Source: Candidatus Tumulicola sp. (GTDB lineage: Bacteria; Vulcanimicrobiota; Vulcanimicrobiia; Vulcanimicrobiales; Vulcanimicrobiaceae). From it: a DNA stretch of 64,000 bases. The DNA lies in contig DASXDT010000004.1 in NCBI GenBank assembly GCA_036490475.1, forward strand, positions 23,797-87,796. Direction: 5' to 3'. Made by a program: the position numbers and the translations under genes. Under the pieces are notes generated by a model. It was not told the origin of the DNA, ran no database searches, and saw only the letters and a program-made list of their open reading frames with translations. Numbering within the stretch: the first letter of the stretch is position 1; every line of letters begins with the position of its first letter. This document shows positions 43,138 to 55,066 of this stretch, in pieces.

Positions 43138-44171
43138 GCTTCCTCCATCACTTCTGCATACACGGATGCGGTCGCCAGCGCGCACCGGTCCCACGTCAGC
43201 GTCGCGGCCGCAATACGTCCGGCTCGCGCATGTTGTGCGCGCAAGCCGGGTTCGGCGACGATGCGTTCTAGCATCGCGCGCAATTCCTCGGCGCTCTCAA
43301 AAACGAGAGCCGCAGGCGCGAGCACACGAGGAAGAGCGCCTTCGGTAGCAACGACGGCACATCCACTCGCCATCGCTTCGAGAGCAGGCAACCCGAAGCC
43401 CTCACGAAACGAGGGTTGGACCAGCGCGGTGGCCCCCGCATAATAGGATGCCAATTCGTCTTGGGAGACGTCGCCTAATGCGACGATTTTGCGCTCGGGC
43501 GTGCTGCGGCGCTGGAGCTCGCCGCCGAAGTCGTCGTCTCCAGTTACGTAGAGATCCACTGCCACGCCGTCCGGCAGCGACGACCACGCCTCGAACAACG
43601 TGTGTAAATTCTTGTGAGGGCGGTGATTGCCGGCGTACAGCAGATACGGCGTCGCGGCGACGTGCGGCGAAGGAGCGGCCAGAAAGCGTTCGTCGACGCC
43701 CAGCGGAATCACGCGCACCTTCGCGCGGTCGACGTGCAAGAAGCGCTCCAAGTCGTCGACCGTTTTTTCGTCGTCGGTGATCACGCGTTTGGCGCGCGCA
43801 CACGCCCACCGGACGACGGTTTGGTAATACGGGCGCACTTTGGACTTGAAGTATTCCGGAAAATGCAAATGGATCAGGTCATGGATCGTCACGATCGACG
43901 GCGCAGGCGACAGCACGGGAACGTAGAGTGATAGATAGTGTACGAGCGAAACGTGCGACCGCGCGATCGCCAGCGGTAAACCGATTTGCTCGTCCCAACC
44001 GAAATTGCCGCCGCGCTCGAACGAGACGTAGTCGTATTGCGATGCTACCGCCGGTAGGCGCCGCGTCAGCTCGCGTACGTAGGATTTCATCCCGACCGAA
44101 AGTTGGCGCGTCAGACGGGCGTCGAGGCCGATCGCAGGCCGTGCGCCGCTCAGCGCGCCAGCGCCTTCCAT
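43131..44171 (-). CDS. glycosyltransferase family 4 (GT-B)
   Basis: Internal ATG (MEGAGAL...) of ORF 43131..44783. C-terminal EGFGLPALEAMASGCAVVAT is the GT4 E-x7-E region. Confidence 0.8.
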   Translation of the reverse strand: MEGAGALSGARPAIGLDARLTRQLSVGMKSYVRELTRRLPAVASQYDYVSFERGGNFGWDEQIGLPLAIARSHVSLVHYLSLYVPVLSPAPSIVTIHDLIHLHFPEYFKSKVRPYYQTVVRWACARAKRVITDDEKTVDDLERFLHVDRAKVRVIPLGVDERFLAAPSPHVAATPYLLYAGNHRPHKNLHTLFEAWSSLPDGVAVDLYVTGDDDFGGELQRRSTPERKIVALGDVSQDELASYYAGATALVQPSFREGFGLPALEAMASGCAVVATEGALPRVLAPAALVFESAEELRAMLERIVAEPGLRAQHARAGRIAAATLTWDRCALATASVYAEVMEEAC

Positions 44172-44892
44172 GTAACTGCGGCGCGATACACCGCCGATCG
44201 GTACGCGATGTACAAGCCGCGCGGTCCGTCTAACGCACCGCCGCGCAGAACGGCCAAACGAAAAAATCGCAACGGAACTTGGGCGAGCGCCAGCGCCCAA
44301 GCCGAAAACGAGCGCGGTACGCCTTCGGACTCGACAGAGGTGTACGAGTCGAACTTGCGACGATACGTCGCGTAATCCGGATAGGAAAAATGGAGTAGGG
44401 TGCCGCCGAGCTCGCCGACGCGCGCGTCCGACGACCATCGTTCGTGTAAATTTGCGGTTCCACCGGCGGCCGGATGCGTCGCTAAACGCGCCGAGCCGAC
44501 TCGAAAAAGGCGAACTAACGGCTCGTCGCGCCAGACCCGCATCGCCTTTCCGCAAAAGTAGGTCGTACGCAACACCCGGTACGCGTCGTGCTCGTCGCCG
44601 GCAGCCAGCAACGATGCACGCAAGCGATCGTCCAATGCTTCGTCGGCATCGAGCATCAAAGCCCAAGGCGTGCGAACGTTGGAGAGCGCGAACTCGCGCG
44701 CGTCGACGAAATTGGTCCACTCGCGCTGCACGACGTCCGCTCCGGCGCCCTTGGCGAACTGCACCGTATGATCGCGCGAGCACGCGTCGAGCACGAAGAC
44801 GTGCATGCCGCGCGGCAGGCTCGTTAAGGCTCGCGGCAGATTGCGTTCCTCGTCCCGCGTGAGGATGACCGCGGTAACGTCCGCAGGGTTCA

Positions 44893-44893
<1 letters not shown>
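44150..44893 (-). CDS. glycosyltransferase family 2
   Basis: GGAGG then TAATG overlap with the pyrG stop. MNPADVTAVILTRDEERNLPRALTSL...VFVLDACSRDHT...MLDADE. Confidence 0.8.
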
Positions 44894-46617
<1,724 letters not shown>

Positions 46618-47487
46618 TTACGCTTCGGGCAGCACAATTATGACGAACCGTTCGAGGCGGCCCAGATCGCACCCGACCGCGACGCTCGCCTTCGAAAAAG
46701 CCGCCTCGCAGAGCGCGCGTAACGCCCCAATCTGGTGCGGAGCCGCTTCGCACAGCGCCAGGCCGCCCGCCACGAGCAGACGCGGTAGTTGTGGCAGCAG
46801 CCGGGCATACGCGCGCAACCCGTCCGGGCCGCCATCCAAGGCTATCCGCGGTTCGAACGCGAGCGGGTCGGGCGCGGCCGGGATATCGGCGGTTGCGACG
46901 TACGGCAGGTTCGCGATGATGGCGTCGTATTGCAGATCGGCAACCGGACCAGCCAAATCGCCGAGATAAAAATGGCAACGGGAGTCTACGCCGATGGTGC
47001 GCGCGTTGGCTCGCGCAACGGCGAGCGCTCCGGCCGAGCAATCGGTCGCGTCGATCGTGGCGGACGGCAGTTCGGCCGCGAGCGTACACGCCAGGGCTCC
47101 CGACCCGGTGCCGACATCCAGAATGCGCAACGGCTGCGAGCCCTGGCACTTTGCGAACTGGAGAGCATAATCGACCAGCGTCTCGGTTTCGGGTCGGGGA
47201 ACGAGCACGGTTTCGTTGACCGCAAACTCCCGGCCGTAGAAATACGCGCTTCCAAGCAGATACGCAATCGGAACGCCCGCCGCACGCCGAGCGCACAGGT
47301 CGCCAAACCGCTGCGCCTGGGGCGCCAAGACGAGTGCCTCGCCGTGTGCGATCAGCCACGCTCGACTCCGACCGAGCACGTAGGCCAATAGGATTTGGGC
47401 ATCCGCATGGCCGGAATCGCCGAGCGCTCCGAGGCGCCCGGCGCTCTCGACGAGCAGCCGGCCGACGGAGCTTACCGGTTCTTGGAT
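46618..47487 (-). CDS. prmC: release-factor glutamine N5-methyltransferase, start probably upstream of the first canonical codon
   Basis: ILDVGTGSGALA, IIANLPYV. The N-terminal helical region ...GRLLVESAGRLGALGDSGHADAQILL is encoded upstream of track start TTG 47388. Candidates are ATC 47487, ATT 47499 or CTG. Confidence 0.8.
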   Translation of the reverse strand: MQEPVSSVGRLLVESAGRLGALGDSGHADAQILLAYVLGRSRAWLIAHGEALVLAPQAQRFGDLCARRAAGVPIAYLLGSAYFYGREFAVNETVLVPRPETETLVDYALQFAKCQGSQPLRILDVGTGSGALACTLAAELPSATIDATDCSAGALAVARANARTIGVDSRCHFYLGDLAGPVADLQYDAIIANLPYVATADIPAAPDPLAFEPRIALDGGPDGLRAYARLLPQLPRLLVAGGLALCEAAPHQIGALRALCEAAFSKASVAVGCDLGRLERFVIIVLPEA

Positions 47488-47777
47488 GCTTTTTCTAATC
47501 CGGTTCGCAACTCTTCCAGGTTCATCACGGGCACGAGCTCGACGCTAGCGTTCAATTCGAGAAATAACGGTTCGACGATCGACGGTATATCCGACGGGTC
47601 GTTCAAATCGAAGATAAACGTTGCAGATCGCTTCCCATCGTGTGCGGAGAAGTACGTCGCCTCCGGTTTCAAGCGGGCGATCGTAGCCTCAAACGTTTTG
47701 CCGAGCGAACCATCCTTGACCGCCGCATTTGACTGTTCCACGGGAAAAACGGCCCGTAACATCGCGCGCATACTCAA
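47472..47777 (-). CDS. small conserved hypothetical protein
   Basis: 101-aa ORF between prfA and prmC, protein-like (AAVKDGSLGKTFEATIARLKPEATYF...EPLFLELNASVELVPVM). Family not assigned. Confidence 0.6.
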   Translation of the reverse strand: MSMRAMLRAVFPVEQSNAAVKDGSLGKTFEATIARLKPEATYFSAHDGKRSATFIFDLNDPSDIPSIVEPLFLELNASVELVPVMNLEELRTGLEKASKNR

Positions 47778-47825
47778 GTCTCCTTTTACCGCAAGCTTAT
47801 CCCGCGACCAAGCAGCCGCCTGCAG

Positions 47826-48908
47826 TCAAGCATTTTCGCCGGCCAGCGCGCGAGCGCGCTCGTCGGCCAGCAACTCCTCGACGATCTGCTCGAGTTGCCC
47901 GTCGACGATCCCACGAATGTTGCCGAAGCTGCGATTGATGCGGTGATCGGTCACCCGATCTTGCGGAAAATTGTAGGTGCGAATCTTCTCCGAACGGTCG
48001 CCCGTACCGACTTGCGAGCGGCGCATCGAGCCCATCGCTTCTTCTTGTTCGCGGCGCTTGCGATCGAACAACATCGACCGCAGCATGCGCATGGCCTTTT
48101 CACGGTTTTGTATTTGCGATCGCTCTTGCTGCGACGCGACGATGATTCCGGACGGTACGTGCGTAATGCGAATGGCCGACTCGGTCTTATTGACGTATTG
48201 GCCGCCGGCACCGGACGATTTGTAGGTGTCGATTTCAAGGTCGGTCGATCGAATCTCAACTTCAACGCTATCTTCGACCTGGGGCAATACTGCGACCGTC
48301 GCCGTGCTGGTGTGAATGCGGCCCTGCGCTTCGGTTTCCGGGACGCGTTGCACGCGATGGACGCCCGACTCGTGCTTGAACGAACGATACGCGCCCTGGC
48401 CTTTGACTCCGAAGACGATCTCCCTGAAACCGCCGGCGTCGCTCGCGTTCTCGGACGTCAGTTCCGGCCGCATGCCCAGTTGTTCGGCGTAGCGCATGTA
48501 CATGCGCGCCAGGTCTCCGGCGAAAATTGCGGCTTCGTCACCACCGGCGCCGGCGCGAATTTCAACGAAAATATCGTTGTCGTCGTTCGGATCGCTCGGG
48601 ACGAGCAGCTGAGCGAGTTCGGCGGAAAGTTCGCGCTCGCGTTCCCGCAGCGTACGAACGTCGTCCTCGGCCAGGTCGCGCATCTCCCCATCGGTTTCGG
48701 CGACGAGGCCCTCGCTGGTCACCGCGTCGGCCTGCACCTTGCGCAGGCGGCGGTACACGGCGACCGGCGGTTCGAGTTGCGAACGCTCTTTGAGGAGCGC
48801 GGTGTAGCGTTGTTGATCGAATGCTCCGCTCGGATGTGCCAGCTCGGCTTCGATTTCATCGAAGCGACGCGACATCGTTTCGAGCCGGAGCTCGGATGGC
48901 GAACTCAC
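47826..48908 (-). CDS. prfA: peptide chain release factor 1
   Basis: [28 protein letters not shown]...[20 protein letters not shown] (GGQ). Confidence 0.95.
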   Translation of the reverse strand: MSSPSELRLETMSRRFDEIEAELAHPSGAFDQQRYTALLKERSQLEPPVAVYRRLRKVQADAVTSEGLVAETDGEMRDLAEDDVRTLRERERELSAELAQLLVPSDPNDDNDIFVEIRAGAGGDEAAIFAGDLARMYMRYAEQLGMRPELTSENASDAGGFREIVFGVKGQGAYRSFKHESGVHRVQRVPETEAQGRIHTSTATVAVLPQVEDSVEVEIRSTDLEIDTYKSSGAGGQYVNKTESAIRITHVPSGIIVASQQERSQIQNREKAMRMLRSMLFDRKRREQEEAMGSMRRSQVGTGDRSEKIRTYNFPQDRVTDHRINRSFGNIRGIVDGQLEQIVEELLADERARALAGENA

Positions 48909-48935
48909 GCGGTCGACCGTAAGGCCCGTGCGGCC

Positions 48936-49205
48936 CTACGTACGAGCGGCCTGTTGCGCCTCGCGAGTCGCGCGGCGCGAAGCCGCCTCTTCTTGCTTGC
49001 GCTTGGCCGCTGCGGCGCGCTGATTGAACTTATCGACGCGACCGGCGGTGTCGATGAGTTTCTGCTGACCGGTGAACAGGGGATGGCAGGCAGCGCAAAT
49101 TTCCACGCCGATCTCGGCCATCGTCGAGCCGGTCGTGAACGTGCTGCCGCATGCGCAGTGAACGCGGGCCTCGGGGTACCACTTGGGATGAATCTTGTCT
49201 TTCAC
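48936..49205 (-). CDS. rpmE: 50S ribosomal protein L31 (Zn-binding type A) with basic C-terminal extension
   Basis: GTG start. [22 protein letters not shown]...[16 protein letters not shown]...GRVDKFN. Internal start of track ORF 48936..49553. Confidence 0.9.
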   Translation of the reverse strand: MKDKIHPKWYPEARVHCACGSTFTTGSTMAEIGVEICAACHPLFTGQQKLIDTAGRVDKFNQRAAAAKRKQEEAASRRATREAQQAART

Positions 49206-49269
49206 AGCCTCTGCATTATAGCAGCCACCACAAGAGGGTCCCCTCGCGCCCGGTTCTAAACGGAGGAGG

Positions 49270-49917
49270 GTGAAACCGAACTCGTTTTTGACCGCGATTG
49301 CCGGCGCCGCGCTGGCCGTCGTCTTCGCCGCCTCGGCCGGCGCCCCGCATCCCGCGATCGGCGCTACCCCGCCTCCGACGCCGCCGCCGCTTGCGGCGCC
49401 GTCCTCAACTCCGGAGCAGGCGCCCGCACCCGGCGTAAACCCGGGATCGGTCGCGACTCCCGTCCCGGTTCCCTCGGGATTTGCCGTGCCGGGACAGCCG
49501 GCGCCTGGAGCATCGACCGCGCCTACTCCGCCCCCGAACGCGCGCAAGGGCATTGAGGGCGTATGGGAAGTCCAAATTCAACGCGGTAGTAACACCGAGT
49601 ACACGCACCTCGTCCTCAAGCAAGACGGTTCGACGATTAGCGGCACCTACGTCAACAGCAATGGAAAGAAATACCCCATCGCCGGGTCGCTCGACGCACA
49701 AGCCGTCCATCTCGTGGTAACGCTCCCGGACGGAACCTCGATCAGCCTCGAGGGACGCCTCGATGGAACGACCGATATGATCGGAGAGTTCACGACGCCC
49801 AAAGAACAGGTGACGTTCACGGCCGCCTATCGTCCCAAATCGAAGTTCATCGACAACCTGAACGCGGCTCCCGGCGGAATGGGCGGGAACAACAGCGGAG
49901 GCGGCGGGCCGCCGTAA
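49270..49917 (+). CDS. hypothetical secreted protein with Pro-rich linker
   Basis: GGAGGAGG then GTG. Signal peptide [20 protein letters not shown], a PPTPPP linker, then a beta-rich domain. Confidence 0.6.
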   Translation: MKPNSFLTAIAGAALAVVFAASAGAPHPAIGATPPPTPPPLAAPSSTPEQAPAPGVNPGSVATPVPVPSGFAVPGQPAPGASTAPTPPPNARKGIEGVWEVQIQRGSNTEYTHLVLKQDGSTISGTYVNSNGKKYPIAGSLDAQAVHLVVTLPDGTSISLEGRLDGTTDMIGEFTTPKEQVTFTAAYRPKSKFIDNLNAAPGGMGGNNSGGGGPP

Positions 49918-49940
49918 CCTCAGGGGTTTGGTGGGGGCGC

Positions 49941-50450
49941 CTACTTGGCGGCTTCAGCCAGCCGGCGCTCCACGTATGGAACCAATCCACCGGCGTCGAT
50001 CAGCGATCGCATAAACGGCGGGAACTCGGCGGCTTGGTATTCCGTGTTCTTGGTAATGTTGCGGACGATGCCGGTCGCCGGCTCGACCTCGATCACGTCG
50101 CCGCTCTCGATGCCGTCGACGGCTTCGTCTGATTCGAAGATCGGCAGACCGATGTTGAGCGCATTGCGATAGAAAATACGCGCGAAGCTCTTTGCGATCA
50201 CCGCCGACGTACCCGAACCCTTGATCGCGATGGGCGCGACCTCGCGGCTCGATCCACAACCGAAATTACGATCGGCGACGATGATGTCCCCTGATTGCAT
50301 GCGCGCGGTGTACTCCGGGTCGAGGCCCTCGAGTGCGTGCTTGCCCAACTCTGCCGGGTCGACGATGTTGCAATACTTGCCGGGGATGATCACGTCGGTG
50401 TCGACGTTCTTTCCGTATTTGTGTGCGTGTCCGCGCAGCTTGCTGTCCAT
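49941..50450 (-). CDS. leuD: 3-isopropylmalate (or homoaconitate) dehydratase small subunit, short type
   Basis: GKNVDTDVIIPGKY...IIVADRNFGCGSSREVAP...SFARIFYRNALNIGLP. Confidence 0.85.
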   Translation of the reverse strand: MDSKLRGHAHKYGKNVDTDVIIPGKYCNIVDPAELGKHALEGLDPEYTARMQSGDIIVADRNFGCGSSREVAPIAIKGSGTSAVIAKSFARIFYRNALNIGLPIFESDEAVDGIESGDVIEVEPATGIVRNITKNTEYQAAEFPPFMRSLIDAGGLVPYVERRLAEAAK

Positions 50451-50474
50451 GACCGAAACCTTTCTTCGCTGTAG

Positions 50475-51758
50475 TTAAACGGCGGCGAGTTCGAGCGCGC
50501 GCGGGTCGGCGATTTTTCCGGCTAAGGCCGACGCGGCACAGGTCGCGGGAGACGCGAGGTAGACCTCGGCTTTCGGCGAGCCCATCCGGCCGACATAGTT
50601 GCGATTGGTGGTGGAGACCGCACGCTCGCCATCTCCGAGCGTCCCCATGTGGCCGCCGAAACAGGCGCCGCATCCGGGCGTGTTCACCGCACATCCGGCC
50701 GCCGCTAAGATGGTGAGAATGCCTTCCTGAGCGGCTTGCATCCAAACTTTTTGACTGCCAGGGTTGACGATCACGCGCAGGTTCGACGCGATTTTCTTTC
50801 CGTCGAGAATCTTCGCCACGACACGTAAGTCTTCGATATAACCGTTCGTACACGATCCGATAAACACTTGATCGACGTCGATGTTATCGGCCGCGACTTC
50901 GGAAATGGGATGCACGTTATCGGGCGTATGCGGACAGGCGACTTGCGGTTCCAGTTGGCCCACATCGATGTTGACGATCCGCTCGTACACGGCGTCGTCG
51001 TCAGAACGTTCGACGACGAACGGGCGATCCGTTCGCTCGGTAACGTATGCGAGCGTCTTGGCATCCGCGTGGAAAATGCCGTTCTTGGCGCCGGCCTCGA
51101 TCGCCATGTTGGCCATCGTAATGCGACCCGTGATCGACAAGCGATCTACCGTGGTGCCGTGATACTCGATCGCGCGATAGGTTGCGCCGTCGATGCCGAG
51201 TTCGCCGACCGTACGGAGCATGACGTCTTTTGCATAGACCATGGGACCGAGCTCGCCGTCGTACACGATCTTGATCGTCGAAGGAACTTTCAACCATACC
51301 TCGCCGAGTACGAAGGCTGCGGCGATATCGGTCGAGCCCATTCCTGTGGCAAACGCGCCGAAGGCACCATACGTGCACGTATGCGAATCGCCGCCGACGA
51401 TCAGCTCGCCGGGTGCGACGAGGCCTTCCTCAGGCAGCACGACGTGTTCGATTCCGCCGCGGCCCACGTCGAAGAAGTGCTCGATCTCTTGCTCCTTCGC
51501 GAATTCTTTCATGAGACGAGCAAGTTTTGCGGACTGCGCGTCCTTGGCCGGAACGAAGTGGTCCTCGACCAGCGCGATTTTTTTCCGGTCGAACACGCGG
51601 CTCGCGCCTTTGATTCCGCGCATGACCGCGATCGCGACCGCGGCCGACAGTTCGTTGGCCAACACCAAGTCGACGTTTGCGTTAATGATGCTGCCGGCGC
51701 TAACGCGTTCCAAGCCGGCATGTCGAGCCAGAATTTTTTCGGTGAGCGTCATTCCCAT
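50475..51758 (-). CDS. leuC: 3-isopropylmalate (or homoaconitate) dehydratase large subunit
   Basis: MTLTEKILARHAG...VEDHFVP...GGDSHTCTYGAFGAFATGMG...FIGSCTNG...PGCGACFG (aconitase Fe-S ligands). Start is ATG 51758 or 51752. Confidence 0.9.
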   Translation of the reverse strand: MGMTLTEKILARHAGLERVSAGSIINANVDLVLANELSAAVAIAVMRGIKGASRVFDRKKIALVEDHFVPAKDAQSAKLARLMKEFAKEQEIEHFFDVGRGGIEHVVLPEEGLVAPGELIVGGDSHTCTYGAFGAFATGMGSTDIAAAFVLGEVWLKVPSTIKIVYDGELGPMVYAKDVMLRTVGELGIDGATYRAIEYHGTTVDRLSITGRITMANMAIEAGAKNGIFHADAKTLAYVTERTDRPFVVERSDDDAVYERIVNIDVGQLEPQVACPHTPDNVHPISEVAADNIDVDQVFIGSCTNGYIEDLRVVAKILDGKKIASNLRVIVNPGSQKVWMQAAQEGILTILAAAGCAVNTPGCGACFGGHMGTLGDGERAVSTTNRNYVGRMGSPKAEVYLASPATCAASALAGKIADPRALELAAV

Positions 51759-51792
51759 GATTGAATCGGTTATCCAGCGAAGCCGCGGAGTC

Positions 51793-53031
51793 ATGCAGGA
51801 CCGGGACTTCGGATTCGCCACGCGCGCGATCCACGCCGGGACGCCGCCGGACCCGGCGACCGGGTCGCGGGCAGCCCCGATTTATCAAACGGCCGCGTAT
51901 GTGTTCGACTCGGCCGAGCAAGCTGCCGAACTCTTCGCACTACGCAGCTATGGGCACATCTACAGCCGGATCAGCAACCCGACCGTTGCCGCCTTCGAGG
52001 AACGAATGGCAAGCCTCGAATCGGGGCTCGGCGCGGTCGCGTTCTCCAGCGGCCTGGCGGCGCAACTGTGTACGGTGTTGGCATTGGCTCAATCCGGCGA
52101 TCACATCGTCTGTTCGCGAAATGTCTACGGCGGAACCATTACGCAACTCTCGGTCACGATCAAGCGCATGGGCATCGAAACGACGTTCGTCGATACCGAT
52201 GACGACGCGGCCGTCGCCGGCGCGATCGGGCCGCAGACACGCCTCCTGTTTGTGGAGACCGTCGCCAACCCGTCTGGTTCGCTCGCCGATATCGAAGCGT
52301 TGACGCGCATCGCGCACGACGCCGGCGTGCCGCTTGCCGTCGACAACACGTTTGCAACGCCGTATTTTTGCCGCCCGATCGAACGCGGCGCCGACATCGT
52401 CCTGCATTCGGCCACGAAGTTCATCGGCGGGCACGGCACGAGCATCGGCGGCGTTGCGATCGAATCGGGGACGTTCCCATGGGGCAACGGGCGCTTTCCG
52501 CTGTTGTCGGAACCGAGCCCGGGCTACCATCGCAAAGTGTTCTCCGAGACGTTCGGTGAGTATGCGTTCTTGATGCGTTTGCGGGCCGAAGTTTTGCGCG
52601 ATATCGGTGCGCAACTCTCGCCAATGGACGCGTGGCTCTTGTTACAAGGACTCGAAACGCTACCGCTGCGGATGGACCGTCACACCGCTAATGCGCGCAC
52701 GGTCGCGGACTTTTTGCAGGGCCGCCCAGAGGTTGCGTGGGTACGTCCGCCACTCTTAGGTGCAGTGTTTACGTTTGGTTTGAAGGGCGGACGCGAAGCC
52801 GGAAGCCGTCTCATCGACGCGCTGAGTTTGTGGAGCCACTTGGCGAACGTCGGTGATGCCAAGAGCTTAGTCATTCATCCGGCGTCGACGACCCACTCGC
52901 AACTCAGCGATGGCGAGCTCGAAGCGGCAGGGGTGCCACCCGAATCGGTGCGGCTGTCGGTTGGGTTGGAAGACGCGAACGATCTGATATGGGATCTCGA
53001 ACGCGGGCTACGCGCGGCAGCAGCAGTCTAG
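51793..53031 (+). CDS. metY: O-acetylhomoserine/O-acetylserine sulfhydrylase (PLP-dependent)
   Basis: GGAG then ATG 51793. FATRAIHAG...[10 protein letters not shown]...YSRISNPT...[16 protein letters not shown]. The upstream part of track ORF 51241..53031 is antisense to leuC. Confidence 0.9.
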   Translation: MQDRDFGFATRAIHAGTPPDPATGSRAAPIYQTAAYVFDSAEQAAELFALRSYGHIYSRISNPTVAAFEERMASLESGLGAVAFSSGLAAQLCTVLALAQSGDHIVCSRNVYGGTITQLSVTIKRMGIETTFVDTDDDAAVAGAIGPQTRLLFVETVANPSGSLADIEALTRIAHDAGVPLAVDNTFATPYFCRPIERGADIVLHSATKFIGGHGTSIGGVAIESGTFPWGNGRFPLLSEPSPGYHRKVFSETFGEYAFLMRLRAEVLRDIGAQLSPMDAWLLLQGLETLPLRMDRHTANARTVADFLQGRPEVAWVRPPLLGAVFTFGLKGGREAGSRLIDALSLWSHLANVGDAKSLVIHPASTTHSQLSDGELEAAGVPPESVRLSVGLEDANDLIWDLERGLRAAAAV

Positions 53032-53046
53032 GGAGCACGACATCGC

Positions 53047-53439
53047 ATGATACACCACGTCGACGTTCACGTCCGCGAACTCCGATCCGCGGAAACGCTG
53101 TTCGGCGCATTATCCGCCCCGCTCGGATTCCGGCGAGTCCCGGATGAGGCCGGCTTCGTCGGATACGAACCATCGGACGGCAGCCGTCCGCGCATCGGTT
53201 TTACCCAAAACGACGAAGCCTCCGGCGGAACGATGCAACTGGCTTTTGGCGTCGACGACCGTGCTCGTGTCGACGCGGCCGCCGAAGCGGCGCAAAAGGC
53301 GGGCGCGCAAAAGATCGACGGTCCGTCGCTCAATCCCGAATACGGCGACAATTATTACGCCGTTTTCTTTGAGGACGTGGACGGAAACCGGTATGAGGTC
53401 CTTACCCGTTCGCAAGCCAGCCCGCAGGTGGACGCGTGA
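53047..53439 (+). CDS. VOC (glyoxalase/bleomycin-resistance) family protein
   Basis: MIHHVDVHVREL...MQLAFGVDD...YYAVFFEDVDGNRYEV. Confidence 0.8.
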   Translation: MIHHVDVHVRELRSAETLFGALSAPLGFRRVPDEAGFVGYEPSDGSRPRIGFTQNDEASGGTMQLAFGVDDRARVDAAAEAAQKAGAQKIDGPSLNPEYGDNYYAVFFEDVDGNRYEVLTRSQASPQVDA

Positions 53440-53918
53440 TCGCGAGTACGCCGGCCGATATTCGTTCGCTGCTCGAGCGCGTGACATCGATCGCGATGGT
53501 CGGCGCTTCGGATAATCCGCTGCGCCCGAGCTATACGGTTTTCTCCTATCTTCGAACGCAAACGCCGTATCGCGTGGTTCCGATCAATCCCAACGTCGCA
53601 GAGATCGATGGTATTGCAGCGCTGCCGTCGCTGGCTGCGTACGCCGACGCGTACGGTCCACCAGACGTAGTCGACGTTTTCCGTCGGCCGGCCGATGCTC
53701 TCACGGTCACCGAAGAGGCCATCGCCGCCGGCGCGCGAGCGATGTGGTATCAGTACGGGGTTATAAACCAAGACGCTATCGCACGCGCCGACGCTGCCGG
53801 GTTGACCGTAGTGGTGGATCGTTGCATCAAAGTCGAGTACGCGCGCTTTTGCGGCGGACTCGCTTCGGCCGGACTCAATAGCGGCGTCATCACGTCGCGC
53901 CGTCGCGCGCCGCATTGA
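53436..53918 (+). CDS. CoA-binding domain protein (YccU-like)
   Basis: GTGA overlap with the upstream stop. IAMVGASDNPLRPSY...VVPINPN...DVVDVFRRP...MWYQYG. Confidence 0.85.
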   Translation: MIASTPADIRSLLERVTSIAMVGASDNPLRPSYTVFSYLRTQTPYRVVPINPNVAEIDGIAALPSLAAYADAYGPPDVVDVFRRPADALTVTEEAIAAGARAMWYQYGVINQDAIARADAAGLTVVVDRCIKVEYARFCGGLASAGLNSGVITSRRRAPH

Positions 53919-55051
53919 CGTACGCGAGCGAATCGGCGGCGCTCGACGCAGACATTCTCGCCGTCATCGACGCCTGGCGAACGCGCGGAGTGACGTTAGC
54001 GGACCAAGCGTTCGACGATCTCGCGTTGCGGCTGTTCGACTATCAGCGCCGTTACAATCTGCCGTATGCGCGCTACTGCACGATGCTCGGATGGAATGCT
54101 ACGACGACGCCACAGTCTTGGGATCGCATTCCGGCCGTCCCGGCTGCGGCATTTAAGGAAGCTGCGCTCGCCTCGTTCCCGGTCGAGGGCGCCGTCCTGA
54201 CGTTCGAAACCAGTGGCACGACCGACGGGCATCCCGGCAATCACTATTTTGAAACGAGCGCCCTCTACGATGCCGCGCTGCTGGCCGGTTTCGAGCGATT
54301 CATGCTCGGCGACGGGGCGCGGCTGCGGTATTGCAACGTCGTTCCGAATCCGGCGATCCGTCCGCAGTCGTCACTTGGGTACATGATGCGCGCCGTTGCG
54401 GCCGCCTTCGGCGACGGCGAGACGAGCTGGTACGTGCAACCGGATCGCATCGACATCGACCGTTTGATCGTCGACTTGCACGACGCCGCTCGACACGACC
54501 GGCCCTTGTGTATCGCGACCACCGCGTTTGCACTCGTAGCGCTTCTCGACCGGCTCGAGGAGCTTGCAATGCAGTTGCCCTTGCCGCACGGATCGCGCGT
54601 GATGGAAACCGGCGGCTTTAAGGGCCGCACGAGAACGCTGGATCGCGGCGAACTCTACCGGCAAACGGCGGCTGCGTTCGAGCTTTCCGATTCGGCGATC
54701 GTCGCAGAGTACGGCATGACCGAGCTAACCTCGCAATATTACGATGGACCACCCAACAGCGCAGCTCGCAGCGATACGGACGTTCGGTATAAGTATGCCG
54801 GACCGTGGCTGCGCTCGCGCGTCGTCGGTGCCGATGGACGAACGCTTCCCGACGGAATCGTCGGCGCGCTCGTGCACGTCGATCTTGCGAACCGCGCGTC
54901 GTGCATCGCCATCGCAACCGAAGATCTCGGAGCGCGCCTCGTCGATCCGCAGACGGGCGAGACAGCCATCGTCCTCATCGGCCGGGAACGGGGCGCCGAA
55001 TTACGCGGCTGCTCGCTCGACGCGGAAACGCTGCGCGATCTGCGGGCCTAA
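53915..55051 (+). CDS. LuxE-like acyl-protein synthetase / acyl-adenylate-forming enzyme
   Basis: TTGA overlap. FDDLALRLFDYQRRYNLPYARYC...IPAVPAAAFKEA...FETSGTTDGHPGNHYF...METGGFKGR...EYGMTELTSQYY, the pattern of the LuxE/PaaK-like family. Confidence 0.7.
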   Translation: MTYASESAALDADILAVIDAWRTRGVTLADQAFDDLALRLFDYQRRYNLPYARYCTMLGWNATTTPQSWDRIPAVPAAAFKEAALASFPVEGAVLTFETSGTTDGHPGNHYFETSALYDAALLAGFERFMLGDGARLRYCNVVPNPAIRPQSSLGYMMRAVAAAFGDGETSWYVQPDRIDIDRLIVDLHDAARHDRPLCIATTAFALVALLDRLEELAMQLPLPHGSRVMETGGFKGRTRTLDRGELYRQTAAAFELSDSAIVAEYGMTELTSQYYDGPPNSAARSDTDVRYKYAGPWLRSRVVGADGRTLPDGIVGALVHVDLANRASCIAIATEDLGARLVDPQTGETAIVLIGRERGAELRGCSLDAETLRDLRA

Positions 55052-55066
55052 GGAACGCTGCAGTCG

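Noticed and set aside
44172-44783. Upstream extension of the GT4 ORF (550-aa version)
   Set aside because: Arg-rich sequence overlapping the GT2 gene in another frame. The GT4 fold starts near MEGAGAL.
47895-49259. 454-aa plus-strand ORF antisense to prfA and rpmE
   Set aside because: No recognisable motifs and antisense-type composition. prfA (GGQ) and rpmE on the minus strand are unambiguous.
49206-49553. Upstream extension of the L31 ORF (205-aa version)
   Set aside because: The Gly/Ala/Pro-rich extension is antisense to the plus-strand secreted-protein gene. L31 begins at VKDKIHPKW, as in all homologues.
51241-51792. N-terminal 184 codons of the 596-aa ORF 51241..53031
   Set aside because: This part is antisense to leuC and has no homology-like features. 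The sulfhydrylase begins at ATG 51793, preceded by GGAG.
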